Source: Nitrosopumilus sp.
GTDB lineage: Archaea; Thermoproteota; Nitrososphaeria; Nitrososphaerales; Nitrosopumilaceae
Direction: 5' to 3'
Assembly: GCA_963667665.2 (NCBI GenBank)
Contig: OY763927.2
Location: forward strand, 1,344,001 to 1,408,000
Length of the DNA: 64,000 nucleotides
Positions 18,417-25,788 of this stretch are shown here, piece by piece. The notes under the pieces are model-generated. The model did no database searches. It worked only from the letters and a program-made list of their open reading frames with translations, and was not told where the DNA came from. Numbering within the stretch: the stretch's first letter is position 1; each line of letters opens with the position of its first letter. The translations under genes and the position numbers were made by a program.

Positions 18417-19585
18417 CTAACAAATTCTTCAATTTTGTTCATTGCAGAATCTAATATATCAAGACTAGGAAGATAAACTAGTCTGAAATGTCCGCTACCA
18501 TATTGTTTGCCAAATCCAGAACCATGAACAGTTAGTACACCTTTAGTTTCTAATAATTTTGTAACAAATTCTTTATCTGTACCAAATCTGTTGTCTTCTA
18601 TCTTTGGAAAGGCATAAAATGCACCTTTTGGATTGGGACAAGAAATTCCAGGCATTTCATTGAGACGTTTTATGACCAAGTCTCTATGTTTTTTAATTTC
18701 AGTAACAAAGTGGCTAATGTATTCTTGTGGTCCTCGAAGAGATTCTAAAGCAGCATGTTGTACTGGAAGACTAGTTGCAATACGAACTCTTGCTAGTTTT
18801 GGAAGATGTTCCCTAATTTCTTCAAGTTGTGGTGATTGATTAAATGCAATATATCCAATTCTCCAACCAGACATGAGATGAACTTTAGAAAAACCATTAA
18901 GAATTATTACAGGTGAATCTTTTGCAACTTTGCCTATTCCCACAAATTTTTCATCAAAAATAATTTGATCATAAATTTCATCACATATTATGTATAGATT
19001 ATTTTGATTTGCAATGTCTACTAGTTCTTTTAGTGAGTTTTCATTAAACACCACACCAGTAGGGTTATTGGGGCTAATCAAACAGATAGCAACAGTCTTT
19101 GATGTAATTTTGGATTTAATATCATCAAGGTCTGGTGTAGAATTATTCATATCTACTGCAAACTCTACAGGAATTCCTCCATGTAACCTCACATATGATG
19201 CATATGGCGGATAGTATGGTCCTGGTAAAAGTACCTCATCACCATCTTCTACAATTGATGAAATTACCATATCAAGTCCTTCAGAAACACCATTAGTAAC
19301 TAGAATTTCATCAGCTGAAATTGATAGTCCTTTAGCATTTTCTTTTTTAGCAATCTCTTCTCTTAATTCTAAGAGACCTTCAGATGGAGAGTAATAGTTT
19401 TCTCCATTGTTTATTGCATCAATCATAGCTTTCTTAACATTGTCTGGTGGTTGAAAACCAAACTGTACAGGATCACCAATGTTAAGATAATCAACTTTGA
19501 TTCCTTTTTGTTCCACTTTTCTTGCAGCAAGAACTATATCTCGAATTGCATATTCAACACCAGTTACTTTTTTTGATACCTTCAA
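18413..19585 (-). CDS. Class I/II PLP aminotransferase (AlaAT-like)
   Basis: YAIRD, LNIGDP, SPNNPTG, DEIY, GFSKVHLMSGWRIG; start moved to TTG 19585 to avoid tRNA overlap. Confidence 0.9.
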   Translation of the reverse strand: MKVSKKVTGVEYAIRDIVLAARKVEQKGIKVDYLNIGDPVQFGFQPPDNVKKAMIDAINNGENYYSPSEGLLELREEIAKKENAKGLSISADEILVTNGVSEGLDMVISSIVEDGDEVLLPGPYYPPYASYVRLHGGIPVEFAVDMNNSTPDLDDIKSKITSKTVAICLISPNNPTGVVFNENSLKELVDIANQNNLYIICDEIYDQIIFDEKFVGIGKVAKDSPVIILNGFSKVHLMSGWRIGYIAFNQSPQLEEIREHLPKLARVRIATSLPVQHAALESLRGPQEYISHFVTEIKKHRDLVIKRLNEMPGISCPNPKGAFYAFPKIEDNRFGTDKEFVTKLLETKGVLTVHGSGFGKQYGSGHFRLVYLPSLDILDSAMNKIEEFVS

Positions 19586-19629
19586 AGTATCTAGACAGAT
19601 ATTTAGGCCCGTTAAAATCTTACTTCTTT

Positions 19630-19704
19630 GGACTCGTTGCACAGTCTGGATAGTGCGAGCGGCTTCGGACCGCTAGGTCGAGGGATCGAAGCCCTCCGAG
19701 CCCT
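19630..19704 (+). tRNA. tRNA-Arg(TCG), atypical
   Basis: GGACTCG-TT-GCAC..GTGC-G-AGCGG-CTTCGGA-CCGCT-AGGTC-GAGGG-ATCGAAG-CCCTC-CGAGCCC-T; intact D, anticodon and T stems, one acceptor mismatch. Confidence 0.8.
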
Positions 19705-19725
19705 TTAGATTATCTTATTAGGTAA

Positions 19726-20238
19726 ATGATTTACAAAATTATTGATTTGAAGATATCACTGTTCAAAATTGGAATCATACTAAGCGTGATAGGAATTATT
19801 TGGACATCAGGGGTATTTTTAGAAAGTAATAAAATTTCAGAAGGGTTTACTATAGAATCACAACACTCTCATAAAATTCAATTAAATTTTGAAGGGAATG
19901 GAATCGGATATTATAAAATTTTTATGCCTGAATTTCTAAAATACAAAATATTTGTTCAAGTATTAGATGATAATGAAAATATTATTTCAGAAAAAAATAT
20001 AGAAACAAAAATGTCTGTGAGTTATTTTGATTTTGATCAGAGCGGAAAATATACAATAAATGTTGTCAATACATTAGAACATCCAATTGACATACAAATA
20101 GAATTAGGAAATACAGATATGGAAGAAATGATTTATTCAGGAATTATGACTTTTGCAGGAGGAATTATTATCGTCATTTCATCGTTTATCAAATTGAGAA
20201 ATTACAAAATTGAGCATCCTGATGAGAATATTACGTGA
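19726..20238 (+). CDS. Hypothetical protein, N- and C-terminal TM with beta-rich middle
   Basis: ORF track; hydrophobic ends. Confidence 0.65.
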   Translation: MIYKIIDLKISLFKIGIILSVIGIIWTSGVFLESNKISEGFTIESQHSHKIQLNFEGNGIGYYKIFMPEFLKYKIFVQVLDDNENIISEKNIETKMSVSYFDFDQSGKYTINVVNTLEHPIDIQIELGNTDMEEMIYSGIMTFAGGIIIVISSFIKLRNYKIEHPDENIT

Positions 20239-20795
20239 ATATAGATACATTGTATTGTATGTCCAAAAATTAAAGCAAAATTAAACACAAGCCAAGTTGT
20301 AAAGAAAAGAAAAGAAATTATTGAAAATGGAATTAAAATTTTGAGTTTGGTATGTTCTCTATTTTTTAGTACCAGAAATCCACCAAGTGCTGCTAAAACT
20401 AAACCTAATTCGAGTGGTTGATGTGACCATGAAATCAACCCATCAATACCATACATATCATGAGAAACAGAATCTACAAAACCTGCAATTAGTTGAATTA
20501 CAGCACCAAATACTACAAGTAAAATTCCAGTTTTTAGAATTCCATGTACAGATTTTTTTATTAAAAGAATCATGCTCAAAAGACCAGCAGATGCAACCAA
20601 GGAAACTCCAAAATATACAACCATGTGTTGAATACTCCAAAAATACTCAGGTTCATTCACCAAATGATTAACTGCATCCCAAAATCCTCCAGAAACTGAA
20701 ATAAATGGTCCAAAAACTGCAAGAATAGAAACCAAAGAAACCAGAGTTGTAGGTTTAGCAAGTGTAAAATTTGTAATTCTGTTAATTAGTTTCAT
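20202..20795 (-). CDS. Polytopic membrane protein with two DxxxH-x12-H motifs
   Basis: WDAVNHLVNEPEYFWSIQH and VDSVSHDMYGIDGLISWSH. Confidence 0.75.
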   Translation of the reverse strand: MKLINRITNFTLAKPTTLVSLVSILAVFGPFISVSGGFWDAVNHLVNEPEYFWSIQHMVVYFGVSLVASAGLLSMILLIKKSVHGILKTGILLVVFGAVIQLIAGFVDSVSHDMYGIDGLISWSHQPLELGLVLAALGGFLVLKNREHTKLKILIPFSIISFLFFTTWLVFNFALIFGHTIQCIYIHVIFSSGCSIL

Positions 20796-20912
20796 TTTGT
20801 TTCTATAATATCACATAGATATAAAATATTGAAAGGTTTTCAATTAGGAAAATTGAATTTTATGGGTAATTTTGTCAATTAACTATATTAGAACACAAAA
20901 GGTAGGAAAATT

Positions 20913-21152
20913 ATGAGTCCTGGAATTGGTCTGATGAAAAGAAGACTAGAAAAGGAAAAAGAAGCAATTGTACTTGCAGTTTCTGGAATTGCAAAAAAAT
21001 ACGATGTAAAACCAGATGATATCAAAACACTAGAAACAAAGTATCATGATGATGCAGGAGATTGGTATGTTGCATTAGGCTGGGATGAAAAAAAAGCCAT
21101 AGTAAAAATGGATTCTGTTCAAGGAACAATAACTGAAATTAAAGAAATTTGA
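20913..21152 (+). CDS. Hypothetical protein
   Basis: 79 aa ORF, protein-like composition. Confidence 0.7.
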   Translation: MSPGIGLMKRRLEKEKEAIVLAVSGIAKKYDVKPDDIKTLETKYHDDAGDWYVALGWDEKKAIVKMDSVQGTITEIKEI

Positions 21153-21156
21153 ATGC

Positions 21157-21237
21157 TTATTTGGTAAATTCTATTTCAGTACAAATTTTACATTCTTTCA
21201 AAGTTTCTTGATATATCCATTTGTGGATGTGACTCAT
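21157..21237 (-). CDS. Putative 26-aa zinc-binding microprotein
   Basis: Manual: MSHIHKWIYQETLKECKICTEIEFTK (HxH...CxxC). Confidence 0.4.
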   Translation of the reverse strand: MSHIHKWIYQETLKECKICTEIEFTK

Positions 21238-21345
21238 TTCAATTAATAGACATGATTTTTAGATGTAAATTCCTGCATGATCAAAATGATCATTCAGGTT
21301 AGAAATTAAAGAAATTTAATTATCATGTAATGTTCTAAAAATTAC

Positions 21346-21993
21346 ATGACTAGTGCAATTGTTCTTGGTGGCTCAAGAGGAATAGGAAAAGCAATTTCAG
21401 AATCACTCAAATCTATAGAAATTGATGTTTTTGCAGCTTCTAAAAATGATATTGATACATCAAACTTGAACAGTGTAAAAAAATTTCTAGAAACACACAA
21501 TCAAACAGATATTCTAGTTTTAAACACAGGAGGTCCTGCTCCAAAGCAATTCTCATCTATTACTGAAGAGGATTGGAAACTATATCACAATCAATTATTT
21601 TTGGGATTTTGTACTATTTTACAAAATATCAAAATTAATGATGGTGGATATATCTTTTTGATTAGCTCAAACGTGATCAAAGAGCCAAATCCAAAATTAA
21701 TAATTTCATCTGCATATCGTGCTGCATTTAGTGAAGTTTTCAAAATTTTAAGCAAAGAGTATGCTGGAAAAAATATCAGTTGTATCAATATTGCACCAGG
21801 TCCAATCAATACAGATAGAACTAAAGAATTAGTTGAAAATATTGAAGAATTCAAAAAATCTTTACCCATGAAAAGGTTAGGAGAGCCAAAAGAGATTGGA
21901 AACTTTGTAAAAGCAATTATTGAAAATAAAATAAAATATCTTTCAGGTGTTGTAATTAATTTTGATGGAGCTAATTCAAACTATATTTTTTAA
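21346..21993 (+). CDS. SDR family oxidoreductase
   Basis: GGSRGIG, LNTGGP, IAPGPINT, FDG. Confidence 0.88.
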   Translation: MTSAIVLGGSRGIGKAISESLKSIEIDVFAASKNDIDTSNLNSVKKFLETHNQTDILVLNTGGPAPKQFSSITEEDWKLYHNQLFLGFCTILQNIKINDGGYIFLISSNVIKEPNPKLIISSAYRAAFSEVFKILSKEYAGKNISCINIAPGPINTDRTKELVENIEEFKKSLPMKRLGEPKEIGNFVKAIIENKIKYLSGVVINFDGANSNYIF

Positions 21994-21995
21994 AA

Positions 21996-22634
21996 TTATT
22001 TTTTAAATTCAACGTTTGGTGTATCTGGTTGACCTGCAATGGCAATTAATCCACCATCGCGTAGTTGTTGTAGTAATTGCATTACTTCTTTTTCTACTTG
22101 GTTTCTTTGTAGTCCTGTTTGTTTGGCAAACACTTCAACTAGTTCAGTGACTTTGCGTTGGCCGTTGCAAGACTTCCAAAAGTCAACAATTGCTTGGTTT
22201 ACCATAAAGCTTTGTTCATGTTCATTTGCTAATACCATAGAACCATCTTCTTGTTTGACTAGTTTTCCAACTCCTTGAGGTAATGCAGTTTCATAGTTAA
22301 TTGGAGCAGGAGTATTTAGTCCAGCTCCCATATTTTTGATTTTGATTTTAGCTTCTTCAGACATTTTATCCATTGACCATGCAGGTTCCCATACAATGTC
22401 TACTTTGACATTATTTACTCCTGGAACTTTTTTTACATATCTTGTTGCATCTTGGACCAGAGTTTCATGGAGTGGGCAACCTTGTGTGGTCATTGTCATT
22501 TTGATATTAACGTCATTGTTTTCTGTAACATCAATTCCATAGATTAATCCCATTTCTACAATGTTTAATGGAACCTCAGGATCCATGCATTGTTTGAGGG
22601 AATCCTCAATTGCTTGTGCAGAAACTGTACTCAT
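21996..22634 (-). CDS. DUF59/SufT Fe-S assembly domain fused to PqqD-like domain
   Basis: DPEVPLNIVEMGLIY, TTQGCP, VWEPAW; C-terminal FWKSCNGQRKVTELV...LLQQLRDGGLI. Confidence 0.8.
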   Translation of the reverse strand: MSTVSAQAIEDSLKQCMDPEVPLNIVEMGLIYGIDVTENNDVNIKMTMTTQGCPLHETLVQDATRYVKKVPGVNNVKVDIVWEPAWSMDKMSEEAKIKIKNMGAGLNTPAPINYETALPQGVGKLVKQEDGSMVLANEHEQSFMVNQAIVDFWKSCNGQRKVTELVEVFAKQTGLQRNQVEKEVMQLLQQLRDGGLIAIAGQPDTPNVEFKK

Positions 22635-22673
22635 ATTGTAAAATGCAGTTTGAAAAACAATAAAAACTTTCTA

Positions 22674-23741
22674 TTAATTAGCTTCAAATAATTTTTTGAT
22701 AGATTCTTCATATGGTGGTTTAGCCACGCCTTTTTCTGTAATAATTCCAGAAATTAATTTAGGAGGAGTAATATCAAATGCCGGATTTATCACATTAATG
22801 CCATCAGGAGCAGTCTTTTTGTCTCCAATTCCTGTAACTTCACTACCTTTTCTCATCTCAATAATTACATCTTCAGCCTTACTTTTCATATCAATTGTGG
22901 ATAATGGTGCTGCCACATAGAATGGAATTCCATGTTGTTTTGCCATGGTTGCTACCTGATAGGTTCCAATTTTATTAAAGACGTGACCTGTTTTTACAAT
23001 TCTATCAGCACCAACTATAACTTTGTCAACAAGACCATTTGCCATACTATATCCGACTGCAGTATCTGGAATCAAACTAACATCAAATCCATCATGCTTT
23101 AGTTCAAATGCAGTTAATCTTGAACCCTGTTGAATGGGTCTAGTTTCAGTTGCAATAACTTTGATGTTTTTTCCACTCTCTCTAGTTGCACGAATTACAC
23201 CTAATGCTGTTCCATATGCAACAGTAGCTAATGCACCTGCATTACAATGAGTCATTATAGTATCATTATCATCAAAAAGAACAGATCCATTTTTTCCCAT
23301 GGTTTTGTTTATTTCAATATCTTCGTCTGCCATTTTTTTAGCTTTTGAAATTACTAATTCTTTAATTTGTTCTACAGTGTCTCCAGACTTTGCAACAGCC
23401 ATAACTTTTTCTAGTCCCCACCCCAAGTTTACTGCAGTAGGTCTAGTTTCAAATAGAATTTTTCTTGCTTTTTCCAAATCTAAAATTAATTCATCTTTAG
23501 TAGTTACCTTACTTTGTAAAACTGCTAATGCCAATCCAAAAGCTCCAGATACACCAATTGCAGGAGCACCTCTCACTACCAAAGTTCTGATAGCATCTGC
23601 CACTTGGTTAAAATCATTATATTCTACAAACACTAATTCGTTAGGTAATTTGGTCTGATCAATCATTACAACTTTGTTATCTTTCCATTCTACTGTTCTA
23701 ATAGATGAATCAATTGTTGTATTATTCATAAATAATCTCAA
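22674..23741 (-). CDS. mtnA: S-methyl-5-thioribose-1-phosphate isomerase
   Basis: VRGAPAIG, TRPTAVNL, THCNAGALAT, ETRP, NKIGTY, NPAFD. Confidence 0.92.
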   Translation of the reverse strand: MRLFMNNTTIDSSIRTVEWKDNKVVMIDQTKLPNELVFVEYNDFNQVADAIRTLVVRGAPAIGVSGAFGLALAVLQSKVTTKDELILDLEKARKILFETRPTAVNLGWGLEKVMAVAKSGDTVEQIKELVISKAKKMADEDIEINKTMGKNGSVLFDDNDTIMTHCNAGALATVAYGTALGVIRATRESGKNIKVIATETRPIQQGSRLTAFELKHDGFDVSLIPDTAVGYSMANGLVDKVIVGADRIVKTGHVFNKIGTYQVATMAKQHGIPFYVAAPLSTIDMKSKAEDVIIEMRKGSEVTGIGDKKTAPDGINVINPAFDITPPKLISGIITEKGVAKPPYEESIKKLFEAN

Positions 23742-23817
23742 AATTAGGCTTTTTAAAAATCAATTGAAGAGACAACTGATAGTCATGAAATATAACCCTA
23801 TTTCATTTTAGTATTTT

Positions 23818-24723
23818 ATGAAAATTCTAGTTACAGGTGGAGCAGGTTTTATTGGAAAATATCTTGTTAGATCTCTTTTGGGAAATAATTACTCGGTTAC
23901 TATATTTGACAATGTTTCTAACTCTACAGAAGATTCTATATCTTCTATTGTTGATATTGGTGCCAAAGTAATAGAAGGTGATATAACAAAACCTCTAGAT
24001 ATACTGAATGCAACAAAAGATCAAGATGTGGTAATTCATTTAGCTGCTAAAATTTCAGTGTCAGAATCAATAAAGAATCCCGCAGAAACATTTCAAGTTA
24101 ATGTAGATGGGACCAGAAATGTACTTGCTGCTTGTGAAAAAAACCATGTAAAAAAATTAATTGTGGCATCATCAGCAGCTGTTTATGGGGAAGGTTCCTC
24201 TAATGTCAAATTAACTGAGGAATCAAAAACAAATCCAATTTCACCTTATGGTGAAAGCAAAATAAAGATGGAGCAAGAGATAAGAGAATTTGAATCAAAA
24301 CATGACATTGATTGTATCATACTAAGGTTTTTCAATATTTACGGTATTGGTCAATCACCAGAATATGCTGGAGTCATAACTAAATTTCTGGAAAAAATTG
24401 CACACAGTAAACCACTTGAAATATTTGGAGATGGTTTACAGACAAGGGATTTCGTTGCAATAGATGATGTAATTAGTTCAATTCACAATGCCATATCATT
24501 TGGAAAAAGTGGAACATACAACATTGCAAGTGGAAAAACTGTTACTATAAAGGAGCTTGCAGAGTTGATGATTTTATTTTCTGGAAAAAAACTAGAGACA
24601 GAATATACTACTGCACAAAAAGGCGATATTAGAAATAGTCAGGCAGATATATCTCTGGCAAAAAAAGAGCTTGGATATTCTCCAAAATTTGAACTAGAAA
24701 GAATTAAAGAATTGTTAGAATAA
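23818..24723 (+). CDS. NAD-dependent epimerase/dehydratase (GalE-like)
   Basis: TGGAGFIG, SSAAVYG, YGESK, RFFNIYG, TRDFV. Confidence 0.9.
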   Translation: MKILVTGGAGFIGKYLVRSLLGNNYSVTIFDNVSNSTEDSISSIVDIGAKVIEGDITKPLDILNATKDQDVVIHLAAKISVSESIKNPAETFQVNVDGTRNVLAACEKNHVKKLIVASSAAVYGEGSSNVKLTEESKTNPISPYGESKIKMEQEIREFESKHDIDCIILRFFNIYGIGQSPEYAGVITKFLEKIAHSKPLEIFGDGLQTRDFVAIDDVISSIHNAISFGKSGTYNIASGKTVTIKELAELMILFSGKKLETEYTTAQKGDIRNSQADISLAKKELGYSPKFELERIKELLE

Positions 24724-24763
24724 GGTAGACATTTTATTACTGATAATTTTATCTGCTTACATA

Positions 24764-25774
24764 TTGTTTGATCTTTCCATAGTAGAAAAATATGATATTC
24801 AGAAAATGTATGCAGTTTATGATAGATGGCCAAAAATTGCACTAGAAGCATTCGAGTCCAACTTGGATTCTGTAAATTTTGGGGGTATCAATCATATTGT
24901 ATTTGCAGGAATGGGAGGCTCTGGCAGTATAGGTGATATTTTTTCAGCAATTTTATCAAAATCTAAAATTCATGTTTCTGTTGTCAAAGGATACGTTTTA
25001 CCTAGTACAGTTTCTGATAAAACATTAGTAATTGTAACAAGTGTTTCTGGAAATACAGCTGAAACTTTAACAATTTTAGAATCAGCGATAGATTTACCAT
25101 GTAAAATAATTGCATTTTCTTCAGGAGGAAAGATAGAGCAAATTTGTAAGAAGAATTCAATAAAATATTTTAAAATATCAGAAATTCATTCTCCACGAGC
25201 ATCATTAACAAAGTATCTTTACACAATGTTGAATATTCTTATTCAAATCATCCCTATAGAAAAAGATGAAATTTTAAAATCAATTAACATGTTAATTGAA
25301 TTAAAAAACAAGATATCATCAGAAAATTTAACGGAAAGTAATCCTTCTCTAAAATTGAGTTATTGGATTAATGATATTCCATGTATTTATTATCCATGGG
25401 GGTTGCAAGCTGCAGCTATTAGATTTAAAAATTCACTTCAAGAAAATTCAAAAATTCATGTAATTACAGAAGATGTTATAGAAGCATGTCATAATGGGAT
25501 TGTATCATGGGAAACATCTTCAAAAATTCATCCAATATTAATTCGTGGACAAGAAGACAGCCAAAAAACAAAAGAAAGATGGAAAATAATCAAAGAGTAT
25601 TTTACTAAAGGTGAAATTGACTTTAAGGAAATTATTTCTTTAGAAGGAAATATACTGACAAAGATTATTTGTTTGATTTATTTATTGGATTATACATCCA
25701 TCTATTTTGCAATTAAGAATGAGATTGATCCTTCTCCAGTTGAATCAATAGATTTTATAAAAAACCAATTATAG
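24764..25774 (+). CDS. Bifunctional phosphoglucose/phosphomannose isomerase (SIS)
   Basis: GMGGSG, SVSGNTAET, SSGG, PRAS, QENSK, EACHN. Confidence 0.85.
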   Translation: MFDLSIVEKYDIQKMYAVYDRWPKIALEAFESNLDSVNFGGINHIVFAGMGGSGSIGDIFSAILSKSKIHVSVVKGYVLPSTVSDKTLVIVTSVSGNTAETLTILESAIDLPCKIIAFSSGGKIEQICKKNSIKYFKISEIHSPRASLTKYLYTMLNILIQIIPIEKDEILKSINMLIELKNKISSENLTESNPSLKLSYWINDIPCIYYPWGLQAAAIRFKNSLQENSKIHVITEDVIEACHNGIVSWETSSKIHPILIRGQEDSQKTKERWKIIKEYFTKGEIDFKEIISLEGNILTKIICLIYLLDYTSIYFAIKNEIDPSPVESIDFIKNQL

Positions 25775-25788
25775 AAAAAAATTAGAAA

